From NCBI GenBank assembly GCA_045577985.1, contig JAZNJJ010000003.1, positions 87,192 through 151,191 of the forward strand: DNA of 64,000 nucleotides, written 5' to 3'. The number at the start of each line of letters is the position of its first letter. Position 1 is the first letter of the stretch. Below, in pieces: positions 15,750 to 24,607 of the stretch. A model generated the notes under the pieces. The model was not told the DNA's origin and did not search any database. It worked only from the letters and a program-made list of their open reading frames with translations. Position numbers and translations under genes: made by a program. The DNA is from Alphaproteobacteria bacterium. Its GTDB lineage: Bacteria > Pseudomonadota > Alphaproteobacteria > RF32 > CAG-239.

Positions 15750-18175
15750 ACCAGTATGATATTTTTAGTATTTTTGTTGAAGGGCTTAGTAACGTAGAAG
15801 TTGCTGTGGCTCTTATTGGTATAGCTTCAGCAGCCTCTTTTGCTGTGTTATTATCAACTAAATTTGGAAACTGGATTCTTCCTCAACCTCGAGAGTCTCG
15901 TGTGTCTGACTTTTTGCCTTTTACTAAATTGATGTCAGATGGTGTAACTATTCAATGTAGCAATAATTCGTATGCTCGTGTATTTCGCTTAGACGGTGTA
16001 GATTTGTCTTCTGCAACAGCTGAAGCTATATATTCAATGATGGAAGCTCGCAAATCTTGGATTGATGATATGGCAAACATGCAAATTGTATGTCGTGTCA
16101 TAACAACAAGAAATCGCACATCATTAGAAAGTGAAAAAAGAGATTTTGGTAATCAGCTGTTAGAAACAGTATCCGAAATATGGTATCAAAACATGAATAG
16201 GGTATATAGTAATAAACACTATATTATTCTTTCTGTGATAGATCGCAAAGATGCATTAAAAGATTTGAATTATGCATCACAAAGCTTGATTTCAACACTT
16301 GGAGAATATGGCGTGAGCCCTATGTATGAAACAAGTGATAGTAAAGCAGTTGATGGACCTTTTTATCTATTTTCGCAATTATGTAGTCCGGTATCCAAGC
16401 CAGAACCTAAGGTTCGCAATACAGAAGGTGCTCGTTTATGTGAGATGCTCACCGCAGATCATATCCATTTTACAAAAGAAGAGGGTATTATAAAATTCTT
16501 TTCCGGAGAAAAAGAAGTATATGAAATTGCAATGGGTATAAGAGTTAGTGGTGACGCAATGGATGAAAGTATGATTTATTCATTGAACGCTATTGATTGT
16601 GAGCTAGTTATTTTGCATAATATTCGTCCAATGTTTAGAGCTGAAGCTAGAATGCTCTTGGTTCAACAACAACGAATGGCGGCAGTAACAAGTTTTTCTG
16701 GAGGTGTTGCTGAACAATATGATGAGGCCTTGGCTTCAATAGATGATAGTGATAGCAATTACCAATCATTGTGTGAGTACTCCATGACTATTATCCTTAA
16801 AGGAGAAAGTATGGAAGAAATAAACTTTGGAGAGTCTGAAGTTCAACGTATTTGTCGTGCATTTGGTGTAACACCTGTTCGAGAAGGTTGGGTAAACCAA
16901 GCTGTATTCTTTACACAATTTCCTACATATGATACATATCCACGAACATATCGTTATCTCTCCCGAGTGATTGCAATGGCAATTACATTAGATAAGCCTG
17001 CAGAGGGATTTGGTAAGAGTGACTGGGGACAAGGAGCAATTTCTATATTCCGTACAATGTCCGGATCAGCATATAGATTTCAATTCCATGTATCTAGTGA
17101 AGAGTCAGCCGTTGCCCACTGTTGTATTATTGGACCTACAGGTCAAGGTAAAACAACGTTACTTACTTTCCTTGCTGGTCAGGCAATGAGACATGGTGAT
17201 TTGAAGGTGTTTTTCTTTGATAGACACTTAGGTGCTCAAATCTTTACACGAGCAGTAAAAGGTGCATATATAGGCTTTGACGGTGATGAAAAGAATGTTG
17301 CCTTAAATCCGTTTGACTGTGCAAATACTCCTGAAAATAGAGCATTTTTAAGACGATGGTTAAAAGCTATCACAATGGTTGATGATGCATTGGCAGATAG
17401 AGAGGTTTCTCGTGCTGTAACGACTGCTTTTGATTATTTACGTCCTGAAGAGAGATTATTGAAGAATTTATATAAAAGCTGTTTTTCTCCAACAGGAAAT
17501 ATGCGAAGAGAATTATATCGTTGGGTGAATCCTGAACAATATGGTGCAATTTTTAACGGTCAAGATGATAGTTTAGACTTGAAAAGCCGTCGTTTCATGG
17601 CATTTGATTTTACACATATTTTTGAAGATGAAAATTTGGCACCTGCCGTAATTAGTTATATTATGCACAGAATTCAGGCAGAAACAGGTGAAACAGGTGT
17701 TCCGTCTTTAATTATGATAGATGAAACGGCACCAATGTTAAAACACCCTATGTTTAGAGATTACTTTATCATCGGTTTGCAAGAGGGACGTAAAAAACGT
17801 CAGGCATATCTCTGTGCATTCCAACAGCCGAATATTGTAGATAAATTAGGGGTTGGTGAAGTTATTCGTGGTCAGTGTCAAACTGTTATTTTCTTCCGCA
17901 ACCCTCAAGCACAAGTTGAAGATTACGCAAACTGGAACTTAACACAAAATGAATTAGATTTCATTTTTGGTAAAAGTTATCGAGATTTTCCTTATGCAAT
18001 ATTATTATCACGTCCTGTTACGGGAGAGTCTGTAATTTTGGATGTTAACTTAGGTGGTTTAGGTAAATATTTGCGAGTTTATAACTCCGGACGTAAAAAT
18101 GTTTTATTAGTTCAACAACTAATAAAAGAATACGGTGAAGATGGATTTGTTACAAAATATTTAAATATTGCCTAG
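15746..18175 (+). CDS. virB4: VirB4-family T4SS ATPase
   Basis: 809 aa. Walker A IIGPTGQGKTT, Walker B PSLIMIDETAPML. It has the typical VirB4 size and lies just after virB3. Confidence 0.9.
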   Translation: MNQYDIFSIFVEGLSNVEVAVALIGIASAASFAVLLSTKFGNWILPQPRESRVSDFLPFTKLMSDGVTIQCSNNSYARVFRLDGVDLSSATAEAIYSMMEARKSWIDDMANMQIVCRVITTRNRTSLESEKRDFGNQLLETVSEIWYQNMNRVYSNKHYIILSVIDRKDALKDLNYASQSLISTLGEYGVSPMYETSDSKAVDGPFYLFSQLCSPVSKPEPKVRNTEGARLCEMLTADHIHFTKEEGIIKFFSGEKEVYEIAMGIRVSGDAMDESMIYSLNAIDCELVILHNIRPMFRAEARMLLVQQQRMAAVTSFSGGVAEQYDEALASIDDSDSNYQSLCEYSMTIILKGESMEEINFGESEVQRICRAFGVTPVREGWVNQAVFFTQFPTYDTYPRTYRYLSRVIAMAITLDKPAEGFGKSDWGQGAISIFRTMSGSAYRFQFHVSSEESAVAHCCIIGPTGQGKTTLLTFLAGQAMRHGDLKVFFFDRHLGAQIFTRAVKGAYIGFDGDEKNVALNPFDCANTPENRAFLRRWLKAITMVDDALADREVSRAVTTAFDYLRPEERLLKNLYKSCFSPTGNMRRELYRWVNPEQYGAIFNGQDDSLDLKSRRFMAFDFTHIFEDENLAPAVISYIMHRIQAETGETGVPSLIMIDETAPMLKHPMFRDYFIIGLQEGRKKRQAYLCAFQQPNIVDKLGVGEVIRGQCQTVIFFRNPQAQVEDYANWNLTQNELDFIFGKSYRDFPYAILLSRPVTGESVILDVNLGGLGKYLRVYNSGRKNVLLVQQLIKEYGEDGFVTKYLNIA

Positions 18176-18250
18176 GTTTTGGAAAAAAGATTTATTTTTA
18201 ATGAAAAATATGATACGATATTTTTAATTAAGTATTATAGGGAGGTTATC

Positions 18251-19255
18251 ATGATTATAGACATAAGAAAAATATTGTTCTTGGCTGTTGCAAGCCTAAT
18301 GATAACAACTCTTCCAATAAAGGAATGTGCATCATTTCCTCTGCCATCCGCGGATATAAAAAGAATGGTGGAAAATGCTAAAAAAACGTATAATCAGATA
18401 CTTGAGATTAAACAAGAAGTAGAAAGTAATATGCGTATCGTCCAAGAAATTCAAAATGGAGGATATGCAGCAGCAGCTGGTGATTTATTTGCAAAAATTC
18501 AAAATGGAGACTATGACCGATTCGGAGCTAACGTAAAGGGGGCTGTTCAAGGATTAAAACAAGGTGCAAAAGATGCTCAATATGCCGCAGCAGACAAAGA
18601 AAAAAGAGAAAAAATGGCTCAAGAAGAGGCTAATAAACTAGCACAGAAAAAGAAAGCTGAAGACCAAAAAGCTGAAGGCGAAGGTAAAGAGAAAACCGAA
18701 GAAAATATCGAAAAAGAGAAAGAGAATAAATTCAAAAAAGCTTATACTTGGTTAAAAGAGAGCAAGCTAGGTAAAGGTACAAAGTCTACATATAATTTCA
18801 TTAAAAATAATAGAACGCTGACATCTAGTGGATTGGCCGCTATAGAAGATGCACAGGAAGGAAACTGGGGAGATGCCGTGCTTAGAGCAGGGTATGGTGC
18901 AAGTAATATATATGGCATGGATGAAAATACTAGCGATTGGATTAGTAGTATTTCAACGATTGGTGGAACAGGTTATAATATAGGAACAAGTGGGGGGGAC
19001 GCACTTGATATGCTGAATGATGCCGTGAATAATAGTGCATTATGGGATAGTGCAGGATTCGTTAACGACGAATATTATGATTTTAGAGTAGAACAAGAAG
19101 AACAAGAAAAATTTGATGCTTGGCAAGAAGAACAACGTAAAAAACAAGCGGAAGAGTTTAATAAATGGAGTGAAGAACAAAAAAACAATACTCCAAGTTT
19201 TGGGGATGCACCATCCACTGACGATCTTACAGACAGTATGACATTTGATTTCTAA
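18251..19255 (+). CDS. Secreted coiled-coil protein (possible VirB5/TrbJ-like), triple G-[DN]-[YW] motif
   Basis: The ATG at 18251 follows AGGGAGG. It has a signal peptide, an N-terminal Q/N/E-rich helix (ADIKRMVENAKKTYNQILEIKQEVESN), and a K/E coiled coil. Motifs NGGYAAAAGDLFA, NGDYDRFGANVKGA and EGNWGDAVLRAGYGA are present. There is no internal TM. Confidence 0.4.
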   Translation: MIIDIRKILFLAVASLMITTLPIKECASFPLPSADIKRMVENAKKTYNQILEIKQEVESNMRIVQEIQNGGYAAAAGDLFAKIQNGDYDRFGANVKGAVQGLKQGAKDAQYAAADKEKREKMAQEEANKLAQKKKAEDQKAEGEGKEKTEENIEKEKENKFKKAYTWLKESKLGKGTKSTYNFIKNNRTLTSSGLAAIEDAQEGNWGDAVLRAGYGASNIYGMDENTSDWISSISTIGGTGYNIGTSGGDALDMLNDAVNNSALWDSAGFVNDEYYDFRVEQEEQEKFDAWQEEQRKKQAEEFNKWSEEQKNNTPSFGDAPSTDDLTDSMTFDF

Positions 19256-19279
19256 AGATAATAACCAAGGAGTAATAAT

Positions 19280-20959
19280 ATGACTAATACTTGTAAAAGA
19301 ATAATCAAGATGTTTGCTTTAGCAATTATTGCTATCTGTGGTTCATTATATTCTGTGCCATCAGAGGCTGCAGGTGAAGACGTTAATTATGACGGTTTGT
19401 ATAATGATCGACAAATTGTTCCAAACACAATGGCCATAATATGTAAAACAGATGCCGATGATATGGTTGCAGATGTTACAAGAGCATACAATTGTGTGAA
19501 TAAAATTGTAACCAAACTGAATAATTCAGATGCCTCTGTAAAGAAAGAAGGTAAGGATGATTTAGCCAGAATAAAATATGAAGAATTGAACAACATTTTA
19601 GGTATGGCTATTACCAAAAGTGCAACAATTTCTAATTATGAAGAAGTGCAAAACTCTATGATGGAAGCTAGCGCTCAAACTCAAACAGAACATGACGATA
19701 ATGCATCAATTGCAAATACAACAGCTGTTTTAACTGATGTTATTAATAGTATGCGAGATTTATATGCAGAAAAATTAAAATATCAAGCATTAGCAGGTAT
19801 TACAAGCATAGACCCGGGAGTTATTCAAGATTTTGAAACAGAGGGTAGTGAAGGTGATAATGGTGAAGATAATAATAGCGGAAATAGTGGAGAGGGAGAT
19901 ACTACACCAGGAGCCAGTGTTGAAGGTAGCTCAACAACTACTACCGCTACAAAAGAAGTTCCATTCCAAGGATATTTAAAGTGGGTTAGTGATAACCAAT
20001 GTGTAGAATTAGTTTGTACTGGAACAGATGAGTTAAGTAAAACGTGCCAAGAAAATTATCAAATTTGTCCTGATGGACGTTATTTAGACCCACATAACCC
20101 TAACATTGTTATTGCATGTGAAAGCGGATCTTGTACAGAGATTGATTTAAATCAAATATCGTCTACATCAAACCAAAATATTGAATATTCAAGTGGAAAT
20201 TATTGTAAATCAGGAAATTCTTTAATCAAATGTCCGGATGGTTTTTATAAACAAGGTTTAAATTGTTACGAATGTATGGGAGGATATTGTGCTCTATCTA
20301 TCTGTCCGGAAGGATTAAGAGAAGCTGAACAAAAAGCAAAAAATGATATGGAAGGAAAAGGTTATTTAGGTTCAAATGTGAGTACAGATAAGGTACTAGG
20401 AGCCGTTGATTATACAACAAGGTTGGTTGGCGGAGAAAATGCTGACACCGTAAATAGCATATTTAGCGGAATAATTAATAACACTGATCGCAAATTTTCT
20501 AATCCGAATAGCAGTTCTTTAGGTAGAACACCTACTTATTCAGGTAAAACAAAAGAAGAAAGAGATGCTGCAAATAAACGTAGTTCCGGTGATGCTAATT
20601 CAAGAAATAGTTCTAGCTCCAGAGACTCAAGAACAAGCGAAGCAATAAATGATACCAATAGTAGTAATAATTCTTCTCAACCAGATACAAAAACATTGAA
20701 TACAAATTTGAGAACGAATAGTGGAAATACAGTATTTACAATGGAAAATGATGGGAGCCAAAACGTATTTTTACCGGTTTCAGAAACATTGAATTTTGAC
20801 AAAGGTAATACGTCGGATAAAGATAATACGTCGGATAAAGGTAATACGTCTGATGCTACACCATCTACGAAAAACTCTGGTACAGATACAAAGCCAAAAT
20901 TAGATATTAGCGTTCCTAAGCCAACTTTGGTAGATTCAAAAGACGCATGGGCAATGTAG
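19280..20959 (+). CDS. Secreted Cys-rich protein with S/N-rich tail
   Basis: RBS AAGGAG and signal peptide ...VPSEAA/G. A cluster of about 16 Cys runs from CVELVCTG through CQENYQICPDG, ACESGSC, YCKSG, KCPDG, NCYECMGGYCALSICPEG. The tail is S/N/T/D-rich with a DKGNTS x3 repeat. Confidence 0.55.
   Translation: MTNTCKRIIKMFALAIIAICGSLYSVPSEAAGEDVNYDGLYNDRQIVPNTMAIICKTDADDMVADVTRAYNCVNKIVTKLNNSDASVKKEGKDDLARIKYEELNNILGMAITKSATISNYEEVQNSMMEASAQTQTEHDDNASIANTTAVLTDVINSMRDLYAEKLKYQALAGITSIDPGVIQDFETEGSEGDNGEDNNSGNSGEGDTTPGASVEGSSTTTTATKEVPFQGYLKWVSDNQCVELVCTGTDELSKTCQENYQICPDGRYLDPHNPNIVIACESGSCTEIDLNQISSTSNQNIEYSSGNYCKSGNSLIKCPDGFYKQGLNCYECMGGYCALSICPEGLREAEQKAKNDMEGKGYLGSNVSTDKVLGAVDYTTRLVGGENADTVNSIFSGIINNTDRKFSNPNSSSLGRTPTYSGKTKEERDAANKRSSGDANSRNSSSSRDSRTSEAINDTNSSNNSSQPDTKTLNTNLRTNSGNTVFTMENDGSQNVFLPVSETLNFDKGNTSDKDNTSDKGNTSDATPSTKNSGTDTKPKLDISVPKPTLVDSKDAWAM
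20798..20851 (+). repeat. 3 x 18-bp in-frame tandem repeat (DKGNTS/DKDNTS/DKGNTS)
   Basis: GACAAAGGTAATACGTCG / GATAAAGATAATACGTCG / GATAAAGGTAATACGTCT, read directly from the sequence. Confidence 0.9.
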
Positions 20960-20996
20960 GTACGTTTTATTATAATTATAAAGAGGGAGACTGAAT

Positions 20997-22310
20997 ATGA
21001 GAAAAAATATTGGAATAATATTCGCAATGATATTAGTCTTATACCCTCGTGTATCTAAAGCAGACCTCGATTTAGCGTCAATTGTACAAGATACGTTATC
21101 AACTGTACAAGAAAACGTTAACAAAATAGTGAAGCAATATACAGGTTTAGAGATAAATCTCCAAGAATTAGCAAAGAACAGAGATGCTCTTAAGGGCTTA
21201 AAAGATCAAGCTTTGCAATTAGCAAAAGATCAGGCTGCAGCTTTTGTATGTAATATAAAAGTATCGGATTTAAATTTGAAAGGAGTAAAGGATAAGATCA
21301 AAGGAAATCAGAGTACAGCAGAATTAAAAGCCGCCGTTCACGAAGAATACGTAAAAAAAGGTAAAGTATTGGATGATATAAAACAAGCAGAAGAACAAGT
21401 CGAAAAAAATAACCAATTAATGGCTGAAAACATTGCGGCAACATTTGCTAGATCGTTAGTCAACCGAAAAAAAATTATGGAAGAAGCTAAAACTTTAGAA
21501 AATGAAGAATCAAATGCTTTATCTGATTTACCTTCAATTATTGAAAGATATAAAACTATAAATGCTCGAGCCAATAGTCGTTGGCGTACTATTTTGGAGG
21601 CATCTGTAAGTTTTGAACAACAACTTGCTCAAGATGATATTATGCAGATGAAACTGCTAGATGAAGAAACTGCTTTAGAAACATTAAAACAAGCTCAAGA
21701 ACAGGCAGAAGCAACTCGTAGAGCTAGTGAAAAAAGAAGAGCTGAGAAGCAAAAGAAATCTATCAGTCTAGGCGAAATATATGGTGCCGGATCAAAATCT
21801 CTAGATGCCTTAGGCAGAGGCGATTATGCTGGAGCATTCGGAGCAGCAGTTAGCGGTTACACATCGTATTATGGTCATGATTGTCCTGAAGGTGATAAAG
21901 AATGTATAAGCACTGCTGAAAAATTAAATCGAATTTCTACGGGAGCATATGCAACACAAAATGCTTACAAAGATGCCGAGCTTGGTGATTATAAAGGTGC
22001 ATTGAGTGATTTAGCATATGGTGCTAGAAGAGCTGGAACAGAAGGTATGCAACAATATGGTACTGCTGTAGATGCTCTTCTTCGAGGAGATTATGTAACT
22101 GCAGCATCATACGGACTGGCATCAAGTAATTACTATGGAAATGGTCAATGCATAAAAGGTAATAATGTCGTTGCATGTGATGATGGAATATATGATTTAT
22201 TTAATGGTAAAGTCGTTGTATGTAAAGATCGTAAATGTGTAGAACAAGATGCACCAAAAGATGATAATAACAAAGGTTCCGATAAAGAAACAGAGGATAA
22301 GGAGCAATAA
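20997..22310 (+). CDS. Secreted coiled-coil protein, triple G-D-Y motif and Cys-rich C-terminus
   Basis: RBS GGGAGA, a signal peptide, and long heptad-like helices. Motifs RGDYAGAFGAAVSGY, LGDYKGALSDLAYGA and RGDYVTAASYGLA are present. The C-terminal cysteines are in CPEGDKEC, QCIKGNNVVACDDG and VCKDRKC. Confidence 0.5.
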   Translation: MRKNIGIIFAMILVLYPRVSKADLDLASIVQDTLSTVQENVNKIVKQYTGLEINLQELAKNRDALKGLKDQALQLAKDQAAAFVCNIKVSDLNLKGVKDKIKGNQSTAELKAAVHEEYVKKGKVLDDIKQAEEQVEKNNQLMAENIAATFARSLVNRKKIMEEAKTLENEESNALSDLPSIIERYKTINARANSRWRTILEASVSFEQQLAQDDIMQMKLLDEETALETLKQAQEQAEATRRASEKRRAEKQKKSISLGEIYGAGSKSLDALGRGDYAGAFGAAVSGYTSYYGHDCPEGDKECISTAEKLNRISTGAYATQNAYKDAELGDYKGALSDLAYGARRAGTEGMQQYGTAVDALLRGDYVTAASYGLASSNYYGNGQCIKGNNVVACDDGIYDLFNGKVVVCKDRKCVEQDAPKDDNNKGSDKETEDKEQ

Positions 22311-22311
22311 A

Positions 22312-23526
22312 ATGAGGAATATTCTTAAAAATTCTTTGATTTTAGCAGCAATTATGCAAATTGCTCTAACTTCTAATTCTCACGCAATTGTGAAGCTTGA
22401 TTTTCCCGGACCAATCTCTGATGCCATAAATCAAATACAAAAATTTGGCGAAGGTGTTGAACAAAAATATAATGCTGTGATGGAAACTTTAAATACAAAA
22501 GTACGTCAAGCTGTTGGAGCGGAAGGTGCCGCTTTATTTAGTGTATTTGTTAAAAAGATAGAAAGAAATGTTGTTAGAGGAGTTATAAATCAGGATTTCA
22601 GCGTAAACGGGTTATTTGGTGATGTAACTAATATGAAGTTAGATTATGCTACTTACAAGAATTTAGCAGAAGATTATTCAGGTGCACTACAAAAAGAAAA
22701 AATGAAAAAAAATCAAGATATAAATGCTGAAATAGCTAGATTGGAAGCCTTATATAAAGTCGAAAAAGACCCTGAAAAAATAGATGAAATATCTAAACAA
22801 ATTGCAGAATTACAAGCTCAAAAACAAGCAAACTTGAAACAACAATCATTAAGAGATGAAAAAATACAAGAATATCAAGAAAAGACAAGAACTCTTTCTA
22901 GTTCTCTACAAGACCTCAATGCTGCAACAGAGCATGAAGAAATATTAAAGAAATTAGAAAACAGATCTCGAGCAATGTTCGAAGAAGAGGAAGATCCTGA
23001 AGTTGAAAAACAAGAATTAGCCGGATTAGTACAAAAAGATATTTCAGAATTCTTTATTGCTGAATATGATCATGTTGGTAAGGATAACGTAAATAAAGTT
23101 ATGAAAGTTCGTAAAACAGAATACTACAAAGCATTCCTCAATATGTATAAATCAACGATAACAAGTGATAAGAAAACGCAAGAAATATCAGAAGATTCGG
23201 TAACCATGGTTGATACATCAACTCAAGAGGCAGATGGCTTATATGGTGCTATGGCAATGCGTATAGGTGCGGATATCCAAACGGCAAAAACAGCAGCCAG
23301 ATTTACAGAACTTTTACTTGCAGAAATTCGTTTCAATACAACACAAGATATGCAAACATGGCACGATAAGTATAAAATGTACGATTATGATAAAGATCCA
23401 ACCACGTTTAATTTAGATGATTATGTTTTGAAAGAAAAAGACTACAAACAAGATTTTGTATCTAAACAGATATCAAAGCAAAAGAATAGTATGTTGGATA
23501 AAATTAGTAATTGGCAAGGACTATAA
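22312..23526 (+). CDS. Secreted coiled-coil protein, unknown family
   Basis: The ATG at 22312 follows AAGGAGCAATAAA; the track start at 22249 overlaps the previous gene. Signal peptide ...SNSHA/I. The body is long and K/E/Q-rich and helical. There is no internal TM. Confidence 0.5.
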   Translation: MRNILKNSLILAAIMQIALTSNSHAIVKLDFPGPISDAINQIQKFGEGVEQKYNAVMETLNTKVRQAVGAEGAALFSVFVKKIERNVVRGVINQDFSVNGLFGDVTNMKLDYATYKNLAEDYSGALQKEKMKKNQDINAEIARLEALYKVEKDPEKIDEISKQIAELQAQKQANLKQQSLRDEKIQEYQEKTRTLSSSLQDLNAATEHEEILKKLENRSRAMFEEEEDPEVEKQELAGLVQKDISEFFIAEYDHVGKDNVNKVMKVRKTEYYKAFLNMYKSTITSDKKTQEISEDSVTMVDTSTQEADGLYGAMAMRIGADIQTAKTAARFTELLLAEIRFNTTQDMQTWHDKYKMYDYDKDPTTFNLDDYVLKEKDYKQDFVSKQISKQKNSMLDKISNWQGL

Positions 23527-23538
23527 GGAGAGACAGAC

Positions 23539-24585
23539 ATGAAAAAAATAGCATACATTACATTAATTCTGTTTCTCAATATCCTTATAATAAGACCAGC
23601 ACATGCAATCTGGCCTGATTTCACACCATTAATTCCCGTTGCTCCTCAATTATGTGTGATGTGTACTCCAGCTGCTATTACAGAGGTTTCAACAGCCATA
23701 CGGCAAGTTAACCAAATGCGTTCAAAATTTGATCAATTTACGAATATGAGTAGTTTGAAAAAAATGTTAGCTGATTATACAATGTCTATAGGAAAAGGAA
23801 TCTTAGGAGGAGCATTACAGAAGATTCGTTCCAAAAAACAAGTTATCTCTTATTCAAGAACAATAGAGGAATGTGAAGTAGCCGATATTACTAATGAAGC
23901 ATCCGTAAAACAAGCTTTTATGAAATTATTTTTACAGTATCCTTCTCGAAAAACAGAAATTATGGCTGCTTACAAGAGAAAAGGTGAACAGTTTAAGATT
24001 GATACAACTCTAGAAATGTATATTACTGCAAGAGAAATGGAAAAAGAGCTTAAACAAATGATCTCGGAATTGGATAATATTGAACGTTGCATTGTTGCCG
24101 GAGAGGATTGTAGTGAACAAGGAATGGAACAATATAACTGTCAGCAAAGTCCAGAAAGTGCAGAAGCTGCCGGAGATGGCGGAAATGAAGATAATTTATG
24201 CTTATGGAGAAATGCCGTAACCGCAGTTAGTTTATATGATAAAATTATGCGTTATAATGAATTTTTAATTGCAATGAATGCTCAATATCAAGCTGTAAAA
24301 GGAATTGATGAACGTGTTGCTATCATGAAATTTACAGATTTGGAAGAAGACCAAAAGAAACGAGGAGAAAAATTCCTACCTAAAGTACAAGATAATTTAT
24401 CTTCATCTATAGCAAAACCAAAAGGTTCCTCAGGAGGAGATCTTCCTGATAAAATAGATGTAAATATTCCTTTAGTTGTAAACACACCATCTTCAGCTGA
24501 ACATAATAGCTCTACAGTTGAAGAACAATCAGTTGTTGTAACAAATCCGGATTTTTACGTTACTCCGGATTATTTAAAGCAGTAA
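23539..24585 (+). CDS. Secreted helical protein (possible VirB5/TrbJ-like)
   Basis: RBS AAGGAGAG and signal peptide ...RPAHA/I. The N-terminus PLIPVAPQLCVMCTPAAITEVSTAIRQVNQMRSKFDQF resembles TrbJ/VirB5 N-termini by pattern only. Confidence 0.4.
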   Translation: MKKIAYITLILFLNILIIRPAHAIWPDFTPLIPVAPQLCVMCTPAAITEVSTAIRQVNQMRSKFDQFTNMSSLKKMLADYTMSIGKGILGGALQKIRSKKQVISYSRTIEECEVADITNEASVKQAFMKLFLQYPSRKTEIMAAYKRKGEQFKIDTTLEMYITAREMEKELKQMISELDNIERCIVAGEDCSEQGMEQYNCQQSPESAEAAGDGGNEDNLCLWRNAVTAVSLYDKIMRYNEFLIAMNAQYQAVKGIDERVAIMKFTDLEEDQKKRGEKFLPKVQDNLSSSIAKPKGSSGGDLPDKIDVNIPLVVNTPSSAEHNSSTVEEQSVVVTNPDFYVTPDYLKQ

Positions 24586-24607
24586 AGAACAAGTTGGGAG
24601 TAATAAA

